Part shown: positions 31,318 to 41,089 of the stretch, piece after piece
How the letters are laid out: every line of letters begins with the position of its first letter
Position numbering within the stretch: the stretch's first letter is position 1
Origin: Nitrosopumilus sp.
GTDB lineage: Archaea > Thermoproteota > Nitrososphaeria > Nitrososphaerales > Nitrosopumilaceae
Direction of reading: 5' to 3'
Assembly (NCBI GenBank): GCA_965203315.1
Contig: OZ241857.1
Span: forward strand, 832,001-896,000
DNA: 64,000 bases
The notes under the pieces: model-generated
The model's input: the letters and a program-made list of their open reading frames with translations, nothing else
The model's database searches: none
Told to the model about the DNA's origin: nothing
Program-made: the position numbers and the translations under genes

Positions 31318-32193
31318 ATGAAGAGTTTTAGAACACTACTAAAGGCAAGAGATCCACTGGTCATACCAGGCGTATACGATGCACTAGGAGCAAAGATAGT
31401 ACAGAATGTTGGATTTGATGCGATGTTTCAGACAGGGTATGGAACATCTGCTGCGCTGTTAGGGATGCCAGATTATGGATTTATTGGAAGAAGTGAGACT
31501 GTTGAGAATGCCAGACGAATATGTAATGCAACATCTACTCCAGTTATAGTTGATGCCGATACAGGATATGGAAATGCTTTGAGTGTTTGGAAGTTGGTAA
31601 GAGAGCTCGAGTCTGCAGGAGCGGCAGGGATGTTTCTAGAAGATCAGCGATGGCCAAAACGTTGCGGACATATGCAAGGAAAGGAGATCATATCACAGGA
31701 AGAGTATACAGAAAAGTTGGGAGCAGCAGTTGATGCAAGACAAGACTCCAACTTTGTGATCGTTGCGAGAACAGATGCAAGAGCAGTTGATGGTTTAGAT
31801 GCAGCAATAGACCGAAGTAAACAAAATCAAAAGACAGGTGCCGATGCAATATTCATTGAAGCGCCAAAGACCAAACAAGAGATGAGAGAGATAGGTAAAC
31901 GAATCAAAGCGCCGCTAGTTGCAAACATGATAGAGGGAGGTGCAACGCCATCAGGTACGGCTGCAGAATTAGGCGAGATGGGATTCAAGATCATACTGTA
32001 TCCATTATCGATACTATATGCAAATACATATGCAACGATATCTGTCTTGTCTGAACTCAAACGTAGTGGAACAACATCTAGACATAGAAAAAAGTTGACC
32101 AACTTTGATCAGTTTAATGATCTAGTCGAATTGAAGAGATTTCAAGACATGGAAGTCAAATATGGAACAGACAATAACTCTACCAGATATTAA
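31318..32193 (+). CDS. prpB: Methylisocitrate lyase / PEP mutase family
   Basis: VDADTGYG, LEDQRWPKRCGH and ARTDA motifs. Confidence 0.85.
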   Translation: MKSFRTLLKARDPLVIPGVYDALGAKIVQNVGFDAMFQTGYGTSAALLGMPDYGFIGRSETVENARRICNATSTPVIVDADTGYGNALSVWKLVRELESAGAAGMFLEDQRWPKRCGHMQGKEIISQEEYTEKLGAAVDARQDSNFVIVARTDARAVDGLDAAIDRSKQNQKTGADAIFIEAPKTKQEMREIGKRIKAPLVANMIEGGATPSGTAAELGEMGFKIILYPLSILYANTYATISVLSELKRSGTTSRHRKKLTNFDQFNDLVELKRFQDMEVKYGTDNNSTRY

Positions 32194-32231
32194 ATGATAG
32201 TCCAAAATAAAAAATTTCAAGTAAAGTGCAG

Positions 32232-32519
32232 TTATGCTGCATTTCTCTTTACTTCAATCTCTATTGTCGAAACGTTTCTGGTTCTACCGTCTTGTGACTC
32301 GAGTGATTCGGAGCCAATTTGAATGTCGCCGATAGAGTAACCTGCGTTTTCTGTCTTTCGTGCGATGATTTGAGCTACATCTACAGCTCTAGCGATGCTC
32401 AGACCCCTGGCCTTGATGTTCACCGAAGGCAGATTTGCCAGTTGGATCAATGTTGATGTGACATATGCCATCAGTGGTTTCTTACCGATGAATATGGTGT
32501 CTCTTGCTTCAGTTGACAT
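32232..32519 (-). CDS. albA: DNA/RNA-binding protein Alba
   Basis: IFIGKKPLMAYV, KARGLSIARAVDVA and RNVSTIEI motifs. Confidence 0.95.
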   Translation of the reverse strand: MSTEARDTIFIGKKPLMAYVTSTLIQLANLPSVNIKARGLSIARAVDVAQIIARKTENAGYSIGDIQIGSESLESQDGRTRNVSTIEIEVKRNAA

Positions 32520-32639
32520 AAAAGCTTTGTTCACCTAGGATAATTTAAATCTAAAAAACGATAACTTGCAAAGGCAGAGAATTGAAGAGGTTTGGACAAA
32601 ACAGTCAAGATAACTCCAATCACGTTATAGTCTAGATCA

Positions 32640-32817
32640 GGTTCTTTTAACTTAATGGGGGGTTAAGATTAAGTTGTAGGTATTTCGAGAAACGCACGGT
32701 ATGCAACTTAAAACAGCAATAATCTACAATGGGTGATCTAACCATTTTTCATGACTTGTAAAATTTTGAGAGAATGTTGCGTGAAAACTATCGACCCCCC
32801 GTTAAGTTAAAAGAACC
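32640..32817. mobile_element. MITE family B copy with 8-bp target-site duplication
   Basis: 24-bp TIR GGTTCTTTTAACTTAA(T/C)GGGGGGT; CTAGATCA at 32632-32639 and 32818-32825. Confidence 0.93.
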
Positions 32818-32983
32818 CTAGATCACATACTTGCCGTCGTTGAGACCAATCTCTGCGTTGTTCTTTTATTCATGTATCTTGCTACCACTAGAATATTCTA
32901 GGTTTCATCTGACTAGAGATACGGTCGTTGTTGCAGCATAACAGAGTCCATTTTTAATAAATAATATTAGTTGCCAACAACGT

Positions 32984-33544
32984 ATGCGAGTTGTGCCAAG
33001 AGATATTATCAGAGTACTAGAGACTGGAACGAGTGAGGCCAAGATCAATGCACTAGAGTCGCTAGATTCCATAGATGATCATGTAGTTTTATCTAAGATG
33101 ATAGAGTTGCTCAATGACTCAGACATTAGAGTCAGAGGTGAGGCTTTTGCTGCACTAACTCTAAACAGCAATGACATAACAGAGATACTTTTGAGAGGTT
33201 TGAGATCAGAGAGTGTAAATGCGCGCAGTTGTATATTGCTCGTACTTGCAAACAGGGAAGAGAAGAGAGTCATTCCAAAGATCATACATTGTACAGACGA
33301 CACAAGCTCGGTTGTAAGATCTTGCGCTGCCGGCGCACTACGACATCTAGGAGCGACAAACGTTGAGCAGATATTTTACAAGCTAGTCTCTGATCCAAAG
33401 ATCGAGGTAAGAGAGAGTGCGCTGTATGGATTAATTGATCTAGAGATTCCAGTACCACCAAACATAGAACATGTCATTGATGTGTCTGACCCGTTAATTG
33501 CTAGACTAGTACAAGAGTGGACCGGAAGGGATTTGAACCCTTGA
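32984..33544 (+). CDS. HEAT-repeat protein
   Basis: Repeated L.D....VR..A..AL units; 3' end overlaps tRNA-Ala antisense. Confidence 0.85.
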   Translation: MRVVPRDIIRVLETGTSEAKINALESLDSIDDHVVLSKMIELLNDSDIRVRGEAFAALTLNSNDITEILLRGLRSESVNARSCILLVLANREEKRVIPKIIHCTDDTSSVVRSCAAGALRHLGATNVEQIFYKLVSDPKIEVRESALYGLIDLEIPVPPNIEHVIDVSDPLIARLVQEWTGRDLNP

Positions 33545-33591
33545 TCCGATGCATGCCATGCACCTATCCTACCAGACTAGACGACCGGCCC
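33518..33591 (-). tRNA. tRNA-Ala (GGC)
   Basis: GGGCCGG/CCGGTCC acceptor stem with G3:U70; anticodon loop ATGGCAT; TTCAAAT T-loop. Confidence 0.93.
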
Positions 33592-33793
33592 ACATTTAGT
33601 GATCAAGTGGACTAGAGATCGGTTATTAACTTTTAGTAATATTACCAGATAATTTTAGTAATAGTGTATCACAAGTGTGTCATGGGTACATCTAGTAATA
33701 GTCCAGTACCAAATGATCATTGAATATGCGGTTAGAGTGTTCTAGTAGAATCAACATTATGTATTTAACCTACAAAGTGGACATCTATAATGT

Positions 33794-34639
33794 ATGGTAG
33801 TAGATAACAAGGCAATAATCACTTATGTTCAATTACTAAAAGAGGATCTTGTAATTATGAGGATGGTTCCAAAGGATGGACCTGTTCCAGAGTATGAGGC
33901 AGGTCAGTTCATCACACTTGGACTGCCAAACCCCACAGAAGGTGGAAAGATAGTTAGACGGGCATACTCTATTGCATCACATCCAGAGAATCGAGACTAT
34001 ATAGAGCTAGTCATAAGATGGGTAAGAAAGCCACTTCCAGGAAGATTAACCACACAGTTGTTCAACGCAAAGGAAGGAGATGAGATACTTTGGCTCAAAC
34101 CGACCGGGCGTGCCCTATTGATCAATAACGAGCTGCCAAGTGGTCAGAGAGACGAGCGGAGAATAGTATGTATCGGTGGCGGTACCGGAATCGCACCATT
34201 TGTCAGTTTTGCTCAACATTTGCATGCAACAGGTGACAAACGTGAAATAGTTGTACTACATGGAGCAAGCTATGTAGATGAACTCAGTTACAAGGATCTC
34301 TTGACCGGACTAGAATATGAGAGCATTGCAAGAGGCAAAGAAGAATGGAACTTTACATATAGAGCTGCAATTAGTAGACCACAAGAATGGTTCAATAGAT
34401 CATGGTCAGGTCAAGTTGGAAGGGTTGAGACATTTCTGAGACCCAGAGATAATGGTCTATCACCACTAGAAGAACTCGTGGGTGAAAAGATCACAAAAGA
34501 GAATACAATATTTTATGTGTGTGGATGGCAAGGTACTATTGACGGTGTTATGGACTTTTTAAAACCAAAAGGATTTTTGACGGAGCAAGAGAAACGTCCT
34601 GATGGAAGTTTTGAAGTAAAATACGAGTCGTACGGTTAA
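33794..34639 (+). CDS. Ferredoxin-NADP(+) reductase family protein (paralog 2)
   Basis: Same motifs as 9827-10666 and highly similar sequence. Confidence 0.92.
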   Translation: MVVDNKAIITYVQLLKEDLVIMRMVPKDGPVPEYEAGQFITLGLPNPTEGGKIVRRAYSIASHPENRDYIELVIRWVRKPLPGRLTTQLFNAKEGDEILWLKPTGRALLINNELPSGQRDERRIVCIGGGTGIAPFVSFAQHLHATGDKREIVVLHGASYVDELSYKDLLTGLEYESIARGKEEWNFTYRAAISRPQEWFNRSWSGQVGRVETFLRPRDNGLSPLEELVGEKITKENTIFYVCGWQGTIDGVMDFLKPKGFLTEQEKRPDGSFEVKYESYG

Positions 34640-34659
34640 CACACACTATCAGAACAGCA

Positions 34660-35259
34660 TTGACGACAGCACTATATCTTGCGCATCTAAACCCGATAAC
34701 AAACGCACATGTAGAGATCATACAAGAGTTGATAGATCAGGCAGATAGTGTAAAGGTCATGCCAGTAGTCTTTAGACTAGATGATACCGAAGTGAACAGT
34801 AAGAGCTTTCCATTCGACTTTGATACACGAAGAATGATGCTTGAATCGGTATTCGATGATACGATAAACATAACAGACGATTATACTTTTGAAGCTCCTT
34901 TCAAGCGATACTTTCCACCGCTACTTGCTCCAAAGTCATGGGATCTACGAAGACAGATACTACATGACATCGATGATGAATTTTTCACATACACAGGAGA
35001 CAAGACAGAAGGTTTGATGTTAAAGATCTATAGACTACATCCAAAGGTCGGAGAGCGACGTAAACTTGCAGCATCTGTCGTAAAAGCAAAGATGTACAAA
35101 GAAGCACTAGGTGGTGATGATACATGGAGTACGGATGTACCAAAGACAATAGTAGACATAATTCGAGACAGATGGGATATAGTCAAACGATTTGCACAAA
35201 GTGAAGATGCTACTAGACGTATAGCTGGAATGAAGTTTCCAAGAGAAGGATGGTCATGA
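34660..35259 (+). CDS. Nucleotidyltransferase-like protein (HIGH superfamily)
   Basis: LAHLNPITNAH resembles GxFxPxTxGH; PFDFDTRRMML and ASVVK segments. Confidence 0.7.
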   Translation: MTTALYLAHLNPITNAHVEIIQELIDQADSVKVMPVVFRLDDTEVNSKSFPFDFDTRRMMLESVFDDTINITDDYTFEAPFKRYFPPLLAPKSWDLRRQILHDIDDEFFTYTGDKTEGLMLKIYRLHPKVGERRKLAASVVKAKMYKEALGGDDTWSTDVPKTIVDIIRDRWDIVKRFAQSEDATRRIAGMKFPREGWS

Positions 35260-35284
35260 TTTAGCGATGATGACAGTACACACG

Positions 35285-35423
35285 AGACTGTATGCGTATT
35301 TCTTATATCATACGCACATTTTAAAGTACAATAAAACACAGGTATAATTTCCAGAGGTAAACCGATTCATTGTTATCATGTTCGATGACGGGACATGAGC
35401 ACTCAATAATGCGAATACAGTCT
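35285..35423. mobile_element. MITE family C copy
   Basis: AGACTGTATGCG ... CGAATACAGTCT; homolog of 6187-6327. Confidence 0.8.
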
Positions 35424-35656
35424 TATGATATTTTGTGTAGTATGTTTTGATAGGTCTGGTTTTGTAAAATCTCATAAAACCTCAATGCCAATACTCGACC
35501 ATATCTAGAAACGCAAACATGGATTCGATTTAACTACAATCATACATGTCATAATGAAAAGGTGACAAAACATGGATTCCGAGATCGACACGATACGTCT
35601 CTCGATAAGAGTCCAAACAAGAATAGATTAATACACATATGAACTGATCTTATGGT

Positions 35657-36568
35657 ATGAATCTATCAAAGTATGTCTGGTTTGATGGCAAATATGTTAT
35701 TGCAGAGAAGGCAAAGGTACCTATAACAACACATGCCATTCACTATGGAACATCGATCTTTGAAGGCATACGAGCATACTGGAATGGTGAAAATCTACAC
35801 ATATTTCGACTCAATGAGCACCTGAAGCGATTTAGAAGATCAGGCAAGTTTTATGATATCGAGTTGAGATTCTCAGATAAAGATATGTACAATGCAATGA
35901 TCGGTATCTGTAAAAAGAACAAGATAAAGGCATCGTGCTATATACGACCATTCTACTTTGTTGGCAATTATGGAATAAATCTAAACGTTACAAAAGAGTC
36001 TCCAACAAATACAGCCATCTTTGTATTTCCGTTTGGTGATCTATTTGACAAGAGAGGCATATCGGCCAAGATATCTTCATGGAGAAAGTTCTCAGACAAC
36101 TCGACTCCACCTCAAGCAAAGATGGGAGGAAACTATCTCAACTCGATAATTGCTACGCAAGAAGCAAAAAAGTATGGCGCAGACGAGTCCATACTATTGA
36201 ATCATAATGGAGATGTCAGCGAGGCTCCTGGCGAGAATATCTTTATTGTAAGAGATGATATCGTATCAACACCAACGTTATCATCATCAGCTCTAGAAGG
36301 AATTACAAGAGATGCAGTCATCAAGATTGTCAATAACAACGAGATCGATGTGACGGAGCGCATCATTACGCGCAGTGAGTTACTAGTTGCAGATGAGGTG
36401 TTTCTCACAGGAACAGCAGCAGAGATCACGCCAGTTGTAAGCATCGATGGTGCAAAGATCGGAAATGGTAAACCAGGTACAATTACTAAAAAAGTGATCA
36501 AAGAGTACAACGATATCGTGACGGGCAGAGACGACAGATACTCTGATTGGTTGACTGCGGTGTACTAG
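35657..36568 (+). CDS. ilvE: Branched-chain amino acid aminotransferase
   Basis: HAIHYGTSIFEGIRAY, AKMGGNY, EAPGENIF, LEGITR and FLTGTAAE motifs. Confidence 0.95.
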   Translation: MNLSKYVWFDGKYVIAEKAKVPITTHAIHYGTSIFEGIRAYWNGENLHIFRLNEHLKRFRRSGKFYDIELRFSDKDMYNAMIGICKKNKIKASCYIRPFYFVGNYGINLNVTKESPTNTAIFVFPFGDLFDKRGISAKISSWRKFSDNSTPPQAKMGGNYLNSIIATQEAKKYGADESILLNHNGDVSEAPGENIFIVRDDIVSTPTLSSSALEGITRDAVIKIVNNNEIDVTERIITRSELLVADEVFLTGTAAEITPVVSIDGAKIGNGKPGTITKKVIKEYNDIVTGRDDRYSDWLTAVY

Positions 36569-37504
36569 ATGAAGATCGTCCAAGTAGGTGTAGGAGGATG
36601 GGGGCAGAATCATGTCCGTACACTCTCAGATATGGGAGTACTTGGAGCAGTCTGCGACAGTGATATCGGTAGAGCAGAAGAGTATGCTACAAAGTACGGT
36701 GTAAAGAGCTACGACTCGATCGATACGCTGTTGAGTACAGAAGAGTTTGACGGTGTGGTAATTGCGACACCCACATTGACACATGTAGACATTGCAAAGA
36801 GATTCATCGAAGCAAAAAAGCACGTCTTTGTCGAGAAACCTCTCACATATAGATCTAGTGACGGAGAATATTTAGCCAATCTAGCTAAAAAGAACAACAT
36901 ACTTTTAACATGTGGATATATAGAGAGATTTAATCCAGCTGTAGAGCGAGTCAAAAAGATGATCATAGACGGCACATACGGCGATCTGATAATGCTCGAT
37001 TTTAGAAGAGAGAATAGAATACCAATACATGTAACTGATGTGGGAGTGATTTATGATACATCAGTACATGATATCGATACAGCAAATTGGCTGTTTGATG
37101 AGATGCCACATGTCGTATATGCAAGAGCTGGAAAGATACGACAGAAACATGAAGACTTTGCAAGCATAATGCTCGGATATGATAAAGATCGTATTGCATT
37201 AATTACTGCAAATTGGATAACACCAAAACGGGTTAGACGTTTTAATGCCATATGTCACGATGCGGTAATATCATCGGACTTTATTACACAAGAGATAACA
37301 GTAGAAGACAATGAACAAACATCTACCATACATAGTAAGAGACAAGAACCATTATTAGTAGAGTTGCAGAGTTTTGTTGGTGCAATAGAGGGAAACAACG
37401 AACATATCGTTACAGCTGAACAAGCAGTAAACGTTACAAAGATCGCCGAAGCTGCACTTTTATCTAGTCAAAAGGGTACCCCAATATACTTGGAGTTAAA
37501 ATGA
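36569..37504 (+). CDS. Gfo/Idh/MocA oxidoreductase
   Basis: GVGGWG, HVFVEKP, ERFNP and DTSVHDID motifs. Confidence 0.92.
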   Translation: MKIVQVGVGGWGQNHVRTLSDMGVLGAVCDSDIGRAEEYATKYGVKSYDSIDTLLSTEEFDGVVIATPTLTHVDIAKRFIEAKKHVFVEKPLTYRSSDGEYLANLAKKNNILLTCGYIERFNPAVERVKKMIIDGTYGDLIMLDFRRENRIPIHVTDVGVIYDTSVHDIDTANWLFDEMPHVVYARAGKIRQKHEDFASIMLGYDKDRIALITANWITPKRVRRFNAICHDAVISSDFITQEITVEDNEQTSTIHSKRQEPLLVELQSFVGAIEGNNEHIVTAEQAVNVTKIAEAALLSSQKGTPIYLELK

Positions 37505-37779
37505 GAAAGACCATGATGGACATCCTAGCATGTCCCATAGACAAGACCCATCCACTAGAACTGACTGTGATAAACGAGAGAGATGATATTGTATCAGAGG
37601 GTGTGCTGTCATGCCCAAAATGCAGTAGATTCTATCCGATAATCGAAGATATTCCAATAATGCTACCAGATGAGCTACGGGATAAAGAACAAGAGATCGA
37701 TTTTCTTACAAAGTTCAAGGAAAAGATACCCAAAACAGTCCTCACGTCTGCAAATCCTTGGCACCTCGAGATAGAATAA
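37501..37779 (+). CDS. trm112: Trm112-family protein
   Basis: DILACPIDK...EGVLSCPKCSRFYPIIEDIPIML. Confidence 0.92.
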   Translation: MRKTMMDILACPIDKTHPLELTVINERDDIVSEGVLSCPKCSRFYPIIEDIPIMLPDELRDKEQEIDFLTKFKEKIPKTVLTSANPWHLEIE

Positions 37780-37906
37780 AGCTTTGTAGAATCATCTAGA
37801 GAGACAAAAAGTCACAATTACTATTGGTTCTATCCGATGAATATTTGGGCGGTCGACAAGTCTGGGATTTGTACGGAAACGTATGAATGACCAAAGTAGT
37901 TTTTAT

Positions 37907-38022
37907 GGACTCTTCGATTTGCATGGGATGAAATTTCGCGAGATTTTTTTCATAATTTTCCTTTATAGAATCTTGTAGTACTTTTTCTGTCACCATTCAC
38001 CCCACATGAACCGAAAAGATTC
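37907..38022. mobile_element. MITE family A copy
   Basis: GGACTCTTCGATTTGCATGGGAT ... CCCACATGAACCGAAAAGATTC. Confidence 0.82.
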
Positions 38023-38626
38023 AAGAATAACACCTAGCCAAGAGAACTATGTTTTGTACAAAAAGTGCTATCTGAGTTATCTACGAATATGTTTAAAATC
38101 TTTAGGCATTCTGAATTTAGGATAGTGTTAGATGTATGATGTATGTGCTAGAATATATCTCAAGTATACAAAAACCATCTAGATTTTTCCACAGTTAGTA
38201 ATCAGCTAGTAATCGTAAGAGGCTATGTGAAACCGATAGGAGGTCTAAATTCTGATCTGTCAAGTAACTCAATAATTTCATCAATCTTTTTTGGATACTT
38301 GATTCCTTTACTGCTTAGCATCTTTAAGAGTCCTTGCAAATCGAGATATTTTATTCCTGATCTTGATGCTATTTTTTGTGCTCTCTTGTCATCAAGGATA
38401 CAATAAATATTATTCTCACATCCACCTAACTTTTGACAAGTCAAGAGTACATCTATCTCACCTATTTCAGCTTTTCGTCCATCTCGTTGAGTTTTATGGA
38501 TCTCTTTTAGGGAATTCTTTCTGTGCCGTGTGAGTTTGCCTTCTCTGATCAATCTCTTTACATTTGAACGTGTTCTATCGTCCTTTAACTCGTCCCATAC
38601 AAAATTTGTTATCGCCAGTTCATGTC

Positions 38627-40325
38627 GTACGAGGTTAGGTCTAAAAGATCTACCCAAAGGGACAACTTTTCTAGATAATCTAGGCTAAATCCAAACATTA
38701 CCAATTATGACAATGTCTAGACAGATCGCGAGACAAAAGACTACCAAAAAAGATAGGGAGACATCTGCCAAGATAGCAGATCTAGAGGATACTGTCAAGC
38801 AGCAAAATGATACCATCGAACAACAACAAGAGACCATTACGAGTCTACAAAAACAAGTTGCAAAGCATAAGAGAATGAATATGAAACTGTACGAGATTTT
38901 ACTTGCTACAATTATGGGACTTCAAGTATCTCCAAATTCAATCAATGATTGTTTTAATGTATTCCAAAGGATGATCAAAATTATAGAACGTGGTCAACAA
39001 CTATCACAGACCAAGATTCGTAACACCAGAAAAAAGATAGAGGGTAAAAAAGAAAAGATAGAGGTACAAACAGCACAGGCCAAGAACAAAGAAACGAGAC
39101 GCAAGCAGCTCGACAATTCTAACGTACCCTCATCAAAACAACCAGATCATGTAAAAAAGGGTACAAGAAAATCTAAAAGCGAATGGAAAAAAGCAGGACA
39201 GGACAAGGGTCACAAAGGAGTTTCCGACAACATAAAAACAGACAAGACAAGACATCATAAAAAAGAAAAGTGTGATGGATGTGGCAGTAAGCATGTTGAC
39301 AACAAGAGGTCTAGACAAAAGAGAACGATTGACATACAGATCATAATATTACACATACTCCATATCGGATACTTTTACAACTGTAGAGATTGTGGCGCAT
39401 CAGGTGATACATTCGACAGCATCCCAGACATACTACACAACACCATGTTGTGCCCAATTCTAGGCGTGATTGCAACCATAATGAGAAAGAATGGCTGTAG
39501 TATCAGAACAATAACCAGTACTCTCCAATGCCTAGACCCGTGTATATCTAAAAAGATGGTAACGGGAGCAATAGACACGATTGCCGATAAACTAGACAAA
39601 TATGTCAAAAAAATAGAGAGAATGAACCTAAAATCCAAGGTAATCTACATGGATGAGACGTCGATGTCCCTTGCTGCGAAATTGGGATGGGTCTGGGTTC
39701 TTGTCGGCGATTATGGTACGCAATTTATCATATCGCCAGATCGTACAAAAAAGTTTCTAGAAAAAACGTTCAAAAAGTATATTCTGATACCACTCGTGTC
39801 GGATGGATATGCCGTGTACAAACTATTCAATGTACGGCAACGTTGTTGGGCGCACATACTGCGAAATGCAAAAGATACAATGTGTGACGTACATACTGTA
39901 CTAATGTACAAAAGATTACAGAAACTACTTGAAATTGCAAAAGCACTACAGGTGGACAATCCCAATCATGTGGACATATACCTAAAATACAGAGTAGATG
40001 ATCTAGTGCAAAAGACATTATCACTTGCAGCAGAGTACAAGAAACTAGATAACGAAGCTTGTCGCAAATTTGGAGTTCATTTAGCGAATGCAGCAGATGA
40101 TCTATACACGTTTGTGCTATACTATGGTATGGAATACACAAACAACAGGGCAGAGCGCGCTATACGATCAATGGTGCTATTCCGCAAGGTAACTCAACGT
40201 ATTGTATCTGAGGAGAGTAAGCGACGAGTTGGCAATATCTTTACATGTGTAACAACATGGGAGCAACAAGGCCTCAACGTCTATGATACACTCCTAAAAG
40301 TTGTGCGTGAGACCTAACCTCATAC
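38627..40325 (+). mobile_element. IS66-family element, single-ORF (ISBst12-like), 1699 bp
   Basis: 16-bp TIR GTA(C/T)GAGGTTAGGTCT; 8-bp TSD TTCATGTC at 38619-38626 and 40326-40333. Confidence 0.95.
38707..40317 (+). CDS. IS66 DDE transposase (TnpC-like)
   Basis: Coiled coil, NSNVPSSK, GQDKGHKG, CxxC zinc finger, YMDET, VSDGYAVY, QRCWAHILR and TNNRAERAIR motifs. Confidence 0.95.
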   Translation: MTMSRQIARQKTTKKDRETSAKIADLEDTVKQQNDTIEQQQETITSLQKQVAKHKRMNMKLYEILLATIMGLQVSPNSINDCFNVFQRMIKIIERGQQLSQTKIRNTRKKIEGKKEKIEVQTAQAKNKETRRKQLDNSNVPSSKQPDHVKKGTRKSKSEWKKAGQDKGHKGVSDNIKTDKTRHHKKEKCDGCGSKHVDNKRSRQKRTIDIQIIILHILHIGYFYNCRDCGASGDTFDSIPDILHNTMLCPILGVIATIMRKNGCSIRTITSTLQCLDPCISKKMVTGAIDTIADKLDKYVKKIERMNLKSKVIYMDETSMSLAAKLGWVWVLVGDYGTQFIISPDRTKKFLEKTFKKYILIPLVSDGYAVYKLFNVRQRCWAHILRNAKDTMCDVHTVLMYKRLQKLLEIAKALQVDNPNHVDIYLKYRVDDLVQKTLSLAAEYKKLDNEACRKFGVHLANAADDLYTFVLYYGMEYTNNRAERAIRSMVLFRKVTQRIVSEESKRRVGNIFTCVTTWEQQGLNVYDTLLKVVRET

Positions 40326-40420
40326 TTCATGTCCCAATTGTAAAATATAATCAAATGCTTGTGGATACTGGAATTGATTAAATATCGCAATCAATGGCGA
40401 AGAGTCAAATATCTTCAATG

Positions 40421-41029
40421 TCAGATCCAGAATAATTTTCTTTTGGCCATCTCATCCATCATTATGTGTTTAGGTATACCAAGTAATTCTCCTGCTCTAC
40501 CTAGAGTAATCTTTTCTTTTACATACATTGAAATTATATGTTCTTTAATATCTGGTTTGAGTTTTTCATATGTTTTGGAACCTTTGGTCATATCTGGATA
40601 ATCACAGTACATATACGACAGCATCTCTGGTACGGTTATGTCATTGAGCATACTTTTATGATTGCTACATACTTGTGATATCTTTATATCAAATATGTCT
40701 TGAATCACTGGCATCCCACCCTTCTCATCTACGATAGCTTTTGCACATTCTATACTGTACTTGGTTAATTGAATGGTATCGTTTTTTTCTATCAGCATAT
40801 TCATGTGTACTAGGTGCTCCAAAGTATCATCTAGAACAGTACTGTATGGACCATCATCTTTTACTGTAAAATTACACCACTCTCTGATCTCTGGATAGGA
40901 ATCGCCCAACATGTACATCAAGACTTGGAGTTTCTGTCTACCGTGTATTGGCTCATCATCCACACATACAAGTAAAAGTATGTACTTTTCGAGTTCACTG
41001 ATCTCTAGAGTTGCAGTGTCTATTGCCAT
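40421..41029 (-). CDS. Putative antitoxin: Panacea/DUF4065-like N-terminal domain fused to a UPF0175-like C-terminal domain
   Basis: GRQKLQVLMY...GPYS motif; MYVKEKITLGRAGELLGI motif; ends 2 nt before the PIN gene start. Confidence 0.72.
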   Translation of the reverse strand: MAIDTATLEISELEKYILLLVCVDDEPIHGRQKLQVLMYMLGDSYPEIREWCNFTVKDDGPYSTVLDDTLEHLVHMNMLIEKNDTIQLTKYSIECAKAIVDEKGGMPVIQDIFDIKISQVCSNHKSMLNDITVPEMLSYMYCDYPDMTKGSKTYEKLKPDIKEHIISMYVKEKITLGRAGELLGIPKHIMMDEMAKRKLFWI

Positions 41030-41089
41030 ACTATTTTTATCCCCATGACGACATAAAAATATTCTGAAGTTACACAGTCATGGTACCAT

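Larger units (their letters stand above)
38223..40418 (-). pseudogene. PIN-domain toxin (DUF3368-like) interrupted by IS66; pieces at 40326-40418 and 38223-38626
   Basis: Removing the IS and one TSD rejoins MKIFDSSPLIAIFNQFQYPQAFDYILQLGHE to LAITNFVWDELK...IGEIDVL...ILDDKRAQ in frame; PIN acidic residues are present. Confidence 0.88.

Noticed and set aside
38223-38657. Independent 144-aa gene
   Set aside because: Chimera of the IS66 left end and the 3' part of the disrupted PIN gene
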